This document shows, one piece after another, positions 30,734 to 36,496 of a stretch of 36,496 nucleotides of DNA. Position 1 is the stretch's first letter. Each line of letters starts with the position of its first letter. The position numbers and the translations under genes are program-made. Under the pieces are notes generated by a model. That model did not search any database and had not been told where the DNA came from. It was given only the letters and a program-made list of their open reading frames with translations. The stretch covers positions 1 to 36,496 of the forward strand of contig JBAXJZ010000001.1 in assembly GCA_037137595.1 (NCBI GenBank), written 5' to 3'. This DNA comes from Burkholderiales bacterium (GTDB lineage Bacteria; Pseudomonadota; Gammaproteobacteria; Burkholderiales; Burkholderiaceae_E).

Positions 30734-31707
30734 GCCGCGCTCCGGCGGTGGGCTTGGAGGATGTGCCATCGCAGCTCCGGCAGGGTCCAGTCGTCGTCGA
30801 CGGGGATGCCGAGGCGCGCGGCCTCGGCGAGCATCGTGTCGCTGTCGCGCTCCCAGGCGGCCTTCGCCGGGGCGGTGGGGGTGGCCGGGGCTCCGGCGGC
30901 GATGCGCGCGGCATCGGCCGACCAGCCGTCGACGATCGCCGCGACGTAGCCGATCCCGACCCCGGCGCCCTTGCGGCGCTTCGCCTCCTCGCAGGCCGCC
31001 CGCAGGGCCTCGGCCGTCACGCCGCGGGCCGCCAGCGCCACCAGCCGGGGGTCCGAGCCGTGGCAGGCGATGCCGTGGCGACGGGCCTCGACGGCGAGCA
31101 GCACCGCCGGGTTCGGGGTCTGCGGGGGGCTGGGTTCGGGGTCCGGGTCGGGCTCGGGCGCGCGCGGTGCGAGCGTTAGCTCGCTTCTCTTCCCTTCCCT
31201 TCCCTCTCCCTTGGTGAACGTAACGGGATCCGTGACGGAGTCCGTCGCGCTGTCCGTCGACGTCTCCGTTACGGAGTCCGTCCCGGACGGCGGGCCGGGG
31301 TCGTCAGGAGGCGGCTTCCCCTTCCACCGGGCCTGCGTCGCGCGCTGCGTGCGCTGGCGCTGCGCGACCTTCTTCTCCCAGGACTCGCGCGCCTTCTCGA
31401 CGATGACGGGGTGGTACCAGCGCCCGTCCGAGCAGAGCACCCAGCCGCGCATCGCGTGGCCGCGGACCTTCTTCCACGCCGCCCCGGCCTGCGACAGGTG
31501 CGCGAGCATCCGGTCGTTGTCGGGCAGGCTGCCGGACGGGACCTGGTGCCACGACTCGCACCAGAGGTTGATCGCGGCGACCTTCTCCTCGGCCCGACCG
31601 AGCACCCAGGTCTCGGAGGTCAGCAGGCGCCGCACGTCGAGCGGCATGTAGGCGAAGTCGCGCAGGTCGACCTCGGCGGGCAGCGGTGGGGCCTGGCGGT
31701 CGGTCAC
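30730..31707 (-). CDS. DUF1376-family replication organiser with DnaD-like C-terminal region
   Basis: GTG 31707 overlaps the upstream stop. The N-terminus is DLRDFAYMPLDVRRLLTSETW...INLWCESWHQVPSGSLPDND (DUF1376 pattern). A low-complexity linker follows, and the C-terminus carries IGYVAAIVDGW. Confidence 0.8.
   Translation of the reverse strand: MTDRQAPPLPAEVDLRDFAYMPLDVRRLLTSETWVLGRAEEKVAAINLWCESWHQVPSGSLPDNDRMLAHLSQAGAAWKKVRGHAMRGWVLCSDGRWYHPVIVEKARESWEKKVAQRQRTQRATQARWKGKPPPDDPGPPSGTDSVTETSTDSATDSVTDPVTFTKGEGREGKRSELTLAPRAPEPDPDPEPSPPQTPNPAVLLAVEARRHGIACHGSDPRLVALAARGVTAEALRAACEEAKRRKGAGVGIGYVAAIVDGWSADAARIAAGAPATPTAPAKAAWERDSDTMLAEAARLGIPVDDDWTLPELRWHILQAHRRSAA
31184..31212. repeat. 29-nt homopyrimidine (+) / homopurine (-) tract
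   Basis: Reads CTTCTCTTCCCTTCCCTTCCCTCTCCCTT with no purine. It lies directly beside the 12-bp repeat array. Confidence 0.6.
31229..31288. repeat. Five 12-bp-phased repeat units (TCCGT at 31229, 31241, 31253, 31265, 31277), iteron-like
   Basis: The 12-mer ACGGAGTCCGTC occurs twice, at 31235..31246 and 31271..31282. The array lies in the linker of the replication gene and encodes TDSVTETSTDSATDSVTDPV. Confidence 0.6.
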
Positions 31708-31988
31708 GCCGAGGCCCTCTGCCCCGCGGGCTCCGAGTCGATCGCCTCGAGGTCGTCGAGCAGCTCGCGGACGCAGACGTCGCGGCTGTAGACGCCGACC
31801 ATCTCGCCGGTCCACGTGCGCTCGTCGGCGGGGATGACCTTCAGGTACCCGCCGTTCACCGTCCGGTAGACGATGAACCGCTGCGCGTGCGGGTTGCGCG
31901 CCATCACGACAGCGATCCGAGCGATCACCAGCGCCCGCCGGCCGTAGACGTGCGACAGATTGCCGGGGAGGCCGTAGGTCTCGGCCAT
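31704..31988 (-). CDS. Hypothetical protein
   Basis: 94 aa. The ATG overlaps the upstream stop by 1 nt. Confidence 0.55.
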   Translation of the reverse strand: MAETYGLPGNLSHVYGRRALVIARIAVVMARNPHAQRFIVYRTVNGGYLKVIPADERTWTGEMVGVYSRDVCVRELLDDLEAIDSEPAGQRASA

Positions 31989-32398
31989 CACCGCCCCCGG
32001 ATCGCTGTGATCGAGGCCGCGGCGGGCTCGATCCGGTCCAGCCGGGCCGCCAGGTGCGCGAGGACCTTGGTCGCCTCGACGTACTCGCGGTAGAGCGCGG
32101 CGCGTTCGTCCTCGGGCTCGATCGGCTGAGGCGGCGCGTAGCCGCACTCCGAGGCGAAGAACTCGACGACCGCGTGGCAGCCGCGCTCGCGGCCCATGCG
32201 CGCGAGGAGCAGCACCTGGTCGGGCGACAACTTCTCGGCCCGGGCGTCGTTCAGGCAGTCGGCCAGCGTGCGGGCCGCGGCGTCGGGGGACTTTTCCGGC
32301 CAGATCCGGCACCCGACGACCTTCGGGCCGCCGCAGGCGCGCACGACCTCGCGGAGCGCGTCGTTGATCGACTCGACGAACAGGGGCGGCTGCTGCAT
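31988..32398 (-). CDS. Hypothetical early protein
   Basis: Start assigned at ATG 32398, because the N-terminal extension in the track has poor GC3. 136 aa. Confidence 0.6.
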   Translation of the reverse strand: MQQPPLFVESINDALREVVRACGGPKVVGCRIWPEKSPDAAARTLADCLNDARAEKLSPDQVLLLARMGRERGCHAVVEFFASECGYAPPQPIEPEDERAALYREYVEATKVLAHLAARLDRIEPAAASITAIRGR

Positions 32399-32418
32399 CA
32401 CCGACGCCCCCCGATGAA

Positions 32419-32441
32419 GTCGGAAGCTGTCGGAAGGTCGG
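32419..32441. repeat. 10-bp tandem repeat GTCGGAAGNN x2.3
   Basis: Reads GTCGGAAGCT GTCGGAAGGT CGG in the 190-nt untranslated gap downstream of cro. Confidence 0.4.
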
Positions 32442-32588
32442 CGCCGGGCGTGCGCGATACCGTGGTCGTCATGCAGACCTCGATCGGTCAGGTGTTCGGG
32501 AAGGCGCGCCACGACGGGCGCGTGAGCGTCGACCGCTTCGTCGTCGCGGCGCGGCGGCGCGCGGTCGCAGCGGTGCGGAGGACGCCGG

Positions 32589-32855
32589 TCACGCGGCAGC
32601 CTTCTCGGGTTCGTCGCCCGTCGGCACCGGCGGCGCGCCCTCGGCGCCCACGATCTCCGGCCAGATCCGGTGCCAGTTCTTCGGGTAGAACCGCCAGCGC
32701 GGCACGCCGTACGCGAGATGGATCACCGCGCAGTAGTCGGGAGGGACCTTGCCGCGCGCTTTCCAGTTCGCTACGGCGCCCTGCACCACGCCGCAGGTGG
32801 CGGCGAGCGCGGACTGGCTGCCTGCGGCAGCGATGGCTTCGTCGAGTGCGTCCAT
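32589..32855 (-). CDS. Cro/YdaS-like HTH regulator
   Basis: GSQSALAATCGVVQGAVANWKARGKVPPDYCAVIHLAYGVPRWRFYPKNW matches the YdaS/Cro-like pattern. It is divergent from the CI gene. Confidence 0.75.
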   Translation of the reverse strand: MDALDEAIAAAGSQSALAATCGVVQGAVANWKARGKVPPDYCAVIHLAYGVPRWRFYPKNWHRIWPEIVGAEGAPPVPTGDEPEKAAA

Positions 32856-32861
32856 CGGCCG

Positions 32862-32891
32862 ATTGAAACACGATCGTGTTAGTCAGCGCAA
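32862..32891 (-). promoter_or_regulatory. Candidate early promoter for cro (TTGCGC-N18-TTCAAT on the minus strand)
   Basis: The -10 hexamer ends 6 nt from the cro ATG, giving a very short or absent leader. Operator O1 fills the spacer. Confidence 0.35.
32867..32880. promoter_or_regulatory. Operator O1: perfect 14-bp palindrome AACACGATCGTGTT
   Basis: Read directly from the sequence. The core CACGATCGTG recurs at 33631..33640. Confidence 0.6.
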
Positions 32892-32902
32892 CACCACCGT
32901 GA
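32891..32902. promoter_or_regulatory. Operator-like site O2: ACACCACCGTGA
   Basis: 10 of 12 positions identical to ACACGATCGTGA (33630..33641). Its centre is 23 bp from the O1 centre. Confidence 0.4.
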
Positions 32903-32913
32903 TCCGAAGCGGT

Positions 32914-32925
32914 CGTGTAATCACG
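32914..32925. promoter_or_regulatory. Operator-like site O3: CGTGTAATCACG
   Basis: It has the same half-site words in inverted order. Its centre is 23 bp from the O2 centre. It contains TGTAAT, a possible -10 for the repressor gene. Confidence 0.35.
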
Positions 32926-32928
32926 AGT

Positions 32929-33579
32929 GTGGTCACACTCGCAGACGTCATTCGCCGGCGCCGGGAGGCGCTCGGCCTGAACCAGCCGCAGCTCGCCGCG
33001 AAGGCCGGGGTGCGCCAGTCGACGATCGGGAACCTCGAGTCGGGGACCCGCGGCGCGAGCGGCCGGGTGCCGTCGTCGCTTCCGGACATCGCACGCGCCC
33101 TCGGGACGACGACCGAGGAGCTGCTGCGCGAGGCGAACATGGCCCCGCCTCGCCCGCCGGAGTGGGGTGGCTCAACGCTTGAGCCTGTACGTCCATACAG
33201 TCAAGGTGTCCCGCTGCTTTCCTGGCAGCAGCTCGTGACGGGAGACCTTGTGTCCGGTGATTCGACGATCGCGTGCCCCGTTCCGCACGGGCCGCGAGCC
33301 TTCGCGGTGCGTGCGCGCGGCGACGCGATGTTCAGCCCCAGCGCCCCGCAGTCGGTCGCCGACGGGCACCTGGTCTTCGCCGACCCCGACCGCCAGCCGG
33401 AGCACCGGCAGCTCGTCGTCGTCCGCCACAACGGCACCCCGCTTCTGCGCCAGTACCTGCTCGAGCCCGAGGGCGCCATGCTCGCGGCGCTGAACCCGGC
33501 GTGGCCGGACCGGTTCATCCGGGTCGGCCCGGAGACCGAGGTGCTGGGCGTCGTCATCTTCGTGGGGTACGCCCCCTGA
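32929..33579 (+). CDS. CI-type repressor (XRE HTH + S24 LexA-like domain with degenerate catalytic dyad)
   Basis: The HTH is LGLNQPQLAAKAGVRQSTIGNLESG. The C-terminal domain aligns by eye with lambda CI, but GNSM is GDAM and FKKL is LRQY. Start assigned at GTG 32929, with an alternative GTG at 32899. Confidence 0.85.
   Translation: MVTLADVIRRRREALGLNQPQLAAKAGVRQSTIGNLESGTRGASGRVPSSLPDIARALGTTTEELLREANMAPPRPPEWGGSTLEPVRPYSQGVPLLSWQQLVTGDLVSGDSTIACPVPHGPRAFAVRARGDAMFSPSAPQSVADGHLVFADPDRQPEHRQLVVVRHNGTPLLRQYLLEPEGAMLAALNPAWPDRFIRVGPETEVLGVVIFVGYAP
33185..33200. promoter_or_regulatory. CTGT-N8-ACAG motif (SOS-box pattern) inside the repressor gene
   Basis: Reads CTGTACGTCCATACAG. It could be a chance match. 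Confidence 0.2.
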
Positions 33580-33605
33580 CGATCCGCCCCCTCCGACCCG
33601 TCGAA

Positions 33606-33617
33606 TCACAAACGTGT
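33606..33617. promoter_or_regulatory. Operator-like site TCACAAACGTGT
   Basis: The right half CGTGT is exact and the left half TCACA has one mismatch. Its centre is 24 bp from the 33630..33641 site. It abuts the -35. Confidence 0.35.
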
Positions 33618-33645
33618 TGACAGACTAAAACACGATCGTGATAAT
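33617..33645 (+). promoter_or_regulatory. Near-consensus sigma70 promoter TTGACA-N17-GATAAT
   Basis: TTGACA at 33617..33622 and GATAAT at 33640..33645, in an AT-rich gap. A GGAGGAAG SD and ATG 33681 lie downstream. Confidence 0.65.
33630..33641. promoter_or_regulatory. Operator ACACGATCGTGA in the spacer of the rightward promoter
   Basis: It shares 11 of the 12 central O1 bases. Confidence 0.6.
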
Positions 33646-33680
33646 TCCTCATCGCTGCATGACGCAGCGGGGAGGAAGCG

Positions 33681-33917
33681 ATGGCACAGGTTCAGGAGGT
33701 TGGGACAGGCGGTACCGGCGCCACGGTGACGTGGCGCACGGTCGGGCGCGGCTCGCAGATCGTCACGATCCGCGGTGAGCGCCGCGAGGACGTGCAGCGC
33801 GCGGCGGACAAGGTCTACGACGAGGCGGACGACTGGCTCCGCGGGCAGAGCCGGCCCGTCGCGCATCCGATCCCGGGCGGCTTCAGCGCCGTCGTCTACA
33901 TCGACGACGCGGAGTGA
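33681..33917 (+). CDS. Hypothetical protein (first gene of the rightward operon)
   Basis: Strong GGAGGAAG SD. 78 aa. Confidence 0.6.
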   Translation: MAQVQEVGTGGTGATVTWRTVGRGSQIVTIRGERREDVQRAADKVYDEADDWLRGQSRPVAHPIPGGFSAVVYIDDAE

Positions 33918-34189
33918 CGGCCATGGCGACCACCACCGACACCCGCCGCGGCGACATCCACGTCGAGAGCGCGCTGCAGACGGCGCGGTCCGACTTCGTC
34001 TGGGCGCGCACGCAGGGGCACGACCGGCACATCCCGGCGCTGTCCGAGTTCGTCGCGGGCCTGAGCTGCGGAACGATCGGCATGGCGCAGCTGCTGCTCG
34101 GCGCCGACCGGCTGGCCGCGATGGGCGCGTCGAACGAGATCCGGTTCCTGATGGCCCGCTCGCGCGAGCTGGTCCGGAGGGCCGCGTGA
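33914..34189 (+). CDS. Hypothetical protein
   Basis: GTG overlaps the upstream stop (GTGA). An alternative ATG is at 33923. Confidence 0.5.
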   Translation: MTAMATTTDTRRGDIHVESALQTARSDFVWARTQGHDRHIPALSEFVAGLSCGTIGMAQLLLGADRLAAMGASNEIRFLMARSRELVRRAA

Positions 34190-34542
34190 TGGCCTGGTAC
34201 CAGCCTGATCAGGACTGGGCGCACGACGAGGAGCTGCGCCTCCTGCACCGCGAGGAGTGGCTCTCGGTCTGCGCCGGCGAGCGCGAGCGCGCCGCCCGCG
34301 ACGCTGCGGCAGCCCGCCGCGCGCCGGAGAGCACCGCGTTCCGCCCCTACATCGGATCCCGCGCTGCGACGCGCGACCGCACTGCGCGCTCGCTGCGCGA
34401 GGCCTTCCCCGCAGAGCGCGTCGCCGCGATCGAGCTCGACACGACGCCTCGGTTCGACCCCGAGCGGTGGATCGTCGCGCCCGGCCTGGCCGCGGCCGCG
34501 GTCTTCATCGTCGTGCTGCTCGTGCTCGAGCGGCTCGCCTGA
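34189..34542 (+). CDS. Tail-anchored membrane protein, unknown function
   Basis: The ATG overlaps the upstream TGA. The C-terminal TM is VAPGLAAAAVFIVVLLVL. Confidence 0.55.
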   Translation: MAWYQPDQDWAHDEELRLLHREEWLSVCAGERERAARDAAAARRAPESTAFRPYIGSRAATRDRTARSLREAFPAERVAAIELDTTPRFDPERWIVAPGLAAAAVFIVVLLVLERLA

Positions 34543-34566
34543 CCCCTTCACCCACCCCGGACGACC

Positions 34567-35499
34567 ATGAACGAGATCGCCACCTCCGCGGCGCCGCAGC
34601 CGCCCCAGCAGTTCTCCACCCTGAACCTCCTGACTAACCACGAGACCATGCGCTCGCTGGTCACGTTCGCCGAGCTGATGGCGAGCGCGAGCGTCACGGT
34701 GCCGCAGCACCTGCGCGGCAAGAAGGCCGACTGCCTCGCGATCGTGCTGCAGGCGGCGCGCTGGGGCATGGACCCCTTCGCCGTCGCGCAGAAGACCCAC
34801 CTCGTGAACGGCACGCTCGGCTACGAGGCGCAGCTCATCCTCGCGGTACTGCAGGCGACCGGCGTGATCGTCGGCGCGCCGTTCTACGAGTACGACGGGC
34901 AGGGCCAGGACCTGACGTGCCGCGTCGGGATGATCCTGACCGGCGAGACCGAGCCGCGGTGGACGCAGTGGGTCCGGAACGGCGACATCAAGACGCGGAA
35001 CTCGCCGCTCTGGAACACGAACCCGGCGCAGCAGCTTGGCTACCTGCAGGTGAAGTACTGGGCTCGCCAGTTCGCGCCTGGCGCGATCCTCGGGATCAAG
35101 ACGCAGGACGAGCTCGAGGACATGGATCCGCCGGCGCCGCGCGAGAAGGACATGGGCACGGTCGAGCAGGTCGGGCCGCGCCGCGCGAGCGAGGCGGCCG
35201 CGCCGGCCCCCGCCCCGGCTCCCGCGCCTGCGCCGGCTCCGACGGTGGTCGACGCGGACACCGGCGAGGTGGTCGAGCAGCCGGCCGAGCAACCCGCAGC
35301 GGCGGCCCCCGCGCCCGCGCCGGCCGCGCCGGCGATGGTCGGAACGATCACCGCCGGGCAGGTCGCCTACCTGCGGAACAAGCTGAAGGCCGCCGGGGTG
35401 CCCGAGGAATCGATCTGCGCGCGGTTCGAGATCGCCGAGATCGGGGCCCTTTCGCTCGACGCCTTCGCGACCGTGAAGTCCGAGCTGCTCGCGCTGTGA
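34567..35499 (+). CDS. recT: RecT-family single-strand annealing recombinase
   Basis: CLAIVLQAARWGMDPFAVAQKTHLVNGTLGYEAQL is a RecT-type pattern. The C-terminus has an (Ala-Pro)n linker. Confidence 0.85.
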   Translation: MNEIATSAAPQPPQQFSTLNLLTNHETMRSLVTFAELMASASVTVPQHLRGKKADCLAIVLQAARWGMDPFAVAQKTHLVNGTLGYEAQLILAVLQATGVIVGAPFYEYDGQGQDLTCRVGMILTGETEPRWTQWVRNGDIKTRNSPLWNTNPAQQLGYLQVKYWARQFAPGAILGIKTQDELEDMDPPAPREKDMGTVEQVGPRRASEAAAPAPAPAPAPAPAPTVVDADTGEVVEQPAEQPAAAAPAPAPAAPAMVGTITAGQVAYLRNKLKAAGVPEESICARFEIAEIGALSLDAFATVKSELLAL

Positions 35500-36071
35500 A
35501 GCTCACCTTCGACCCTTCGCTGCACGAGTACCGCGTCGACGGCGCGCGCGTGCCGGGCGTGACCAGCGTGCTCCGGCCGCTGGTCGACTTCTCGCGCGTG
35601 CCGCCGGCGGTGCTCGAGGCGAAGGCCGACCTCGGCCGGCGCGTGCACCTCGCCTGCCAGTACCACGACGAGCACGACCTCGACGAGAGCAGCGTCGAGG
35701 CCGAGGTCGCGCCGTACCTGACCGCCTACCGCCGGTTCCTCGTCGACACCGGCGCGGAGGTGATCGAGAACGAGCGCCAAGTCTTCAACCGCGTGCACCG
35801 GTACGCCGGGACGCTCGACCGCGTGCTCTACCTGCGCGGCGAGTTCTGGCTCGTCGACCTGAAGACCTCGATCACGACGCCGATCACCGTCGGGCCGCAG
35901 ACCGCGGCCTACATGCACGCGATCGAGGACGTGCCGCTTCGGCACCGCGCCGCGCTGCGCCTGCGCCCCGACGGGACCTACCGGCTCGACGAGCTGCACA
36001 ACCCGAACGACTGGTCGACCTTCCTCGCCGCCCTGACCCTCCACCGCTACGCGGAGATGCACGAAGCATGA
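35496..36071 (+). CDS. PD-(D/E)XK exonuclease (RecB/Cas4-like fold, no Cys cluster)
   Basis: GTG overlaps the recT stop (GTGA). The GTLD...LVDLKTS motif gives D...DxK. Confidence 0.8.
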   Translation: MKLTFDPSLHEYRVDGARVPGVTSVLRPLVDFSRVPPAVLEAKADLGRRVHLACQYHDEHDLDESSVEAEVAPYLTAYRRFLVDTGAEVIENERQVFNRVHRYAGTLDRVLYLRGEFWLVDLKTSITTPITVGPQTAAYMHAIEDVPLRHRAALRLRPDGTYRLDELHNPNDWSTFLAALTLHRYAEMHEA

Positions 36072-36496
36072 ACACCCCGAACCCCATCCTCGCCCCGGTC
36101 GCCGCGATCTCGCTGCCGGACGCCGACTCGCTGACCGGGAACGCCCAGCGCGCGCTCGACTTCATCCGCGGGTTCCAGATCGCCAGCGCCGAGGACTACG
36201 GCCTCGCGGCCGACGAGCTGCGCGCGATCAAGGCCCGCGCCACGAAGCTCGAGGAGCAGCGGACCGGCATCACGAAGCCGATCAACGACGCGCTGCGCGC
36301 GATCAACGCGCTCTTCAAGGGGCCGGCCTCGCTGCTCGAGGAGGCCGAGCGCGCGCTGAAGTCGAAGATGCTTGCCTGGGATCAGGAACAGGCCCGCATC
36401 GCGGCCGAGCAGCGGCGCGCGGCCGAGGCCGCCGCAGAAGCCGAGCGCCGGCGCCTGGCCGCCGAGGCTGCGGAGCGCCAGCGCGTCGCCGACGAG
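36068..36496 (+). CDS. Coiled-coil protein (Gp157/DUF1351-like), 3' end outside the window
   Basis: ATG 36068 overlaps the upstream stop (ATGA). The frame is open to the window end with high GC3. It is absent from the ORF track because no stop is reached. Confidence 0.55.
   Translation, partial: MNTPNPILAPVAAISLPDADSLTGNAQRALDFIRGFQIASAEDYGLAADELRAIKARATKLEEQRTGITKPINDALRAINALFKGPASLLEEAERALKSKMLAWDQEQARIAAEQRRAAEAAAEAERRRLAAEAAERQRVADE

Larger units (their letters stand above)
2857..36496. mobile_element. Prophage (lambdoid organisation, HK97-type head, siphovirus tail), right end outside the window
   Basis: Immunity, replication, packaging, head, tail and lysis modules are contiguous. The element may extend left to about nt 120 (the pdxA break). 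Confidence 0.9.

Noticed and set aside
32925-32940. Inverted repeat GAGTGTG-GT-CACACTC overlapping the cI start codon, considered as a fourth operator
   Set aside because: The word is different from the CACG/CGTG operators, and it is not phased with them. It may be a chance match or an mRNA 5' hairpin. There is not enough support to call it.
35200-35330. Repetitive GCNCCN stretch, checked as a possible tandem repeat or CRISPR-like element (also the poly-Ala coding run near 19480..19560)
   Set aside because: These are in-frame low-complexity (Ala-Pro)n or poly-Ala linkers inside coding genes. There is no spacer/repeat architecture.
1-36496. Searched for integrase, excisionase, tRNA, IS elements, CRISPR repeats, reverse transcriptase, methyltransferases and known multi-gene defence systems
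   Set aside because: None recognisable in any frame. The integrase and att partner are presumably to the right of the window.

Overview
The window is very GC-rich (third codon positions are almost all G/C) and almost entirely occupied by a lambdoid, HK97-type siphovirus prophage.

PROPHAGE LAYOUT
- **Minus-strand transcription unit, 32855 down to 2857.** In order: a Cro/YdaS-like gene, small early genes, a DUF1376-type replication organiser, RusA, more small early genes, TerS, TerL, two head-spike-like genes, a portal-MuF fusion, a prohead protease/scaffold, the major capsid, connector genes, the major tail protein, the G/G-T chaperone with a -1 frameshift, the tape measure, a GTA-g12-to-g15-like tail-tip module, two fibre/tail proteins, the lysis cassette and two lipoproteins.
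- **Plus-strand genes to the right.** A divergent CI-type repressor (32929..33579) is followed by a rightward operon from a near-consensus promoter. That operon holds small ORFs, RecT, a PD-(D/E)XK exonuclease and a coiled-coil protein that runs off the window end.
- **Left of the phage.** A four-gene plus-strand operon of unknown function (1885..2903), an excisionase-type HTH/PIN toxin-antitoxin pair (583..1641), and a 3'-truncated pdxA-like fragment (2..196) that probably marks an insertion junction.
- **Not seen.** No integrase, tRNA, rRNA, CRISPR array or IS element. The integrase and the other att end are presumably beyond the right edge.

MOST NOTABLE OBSERVATIONS
- The CI repressor has lost both S24 catalytic residues.
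- An operator set built on CACGATCGTG is shared by two promoters.
- A 12-bp-phased repeat array and a 29-nt homopurine tract lie inside the replication gene and are a candidate origin.
- The tail fibre begins with a catalytically degenerate SGNH-like domain.
- A beta-strand-repeat protein and a spike-base-like protein sit between terminase and portal.
- An uncharacterised accessory island (TA pair, four-gene operon, two lipoproteins) sits at the prophage end.

LIMITS: All homology calls come from motif recognition by eye, not from searches. Many long ORFs in the supplied track are antisense shadow frames typical of high-GC DNA.
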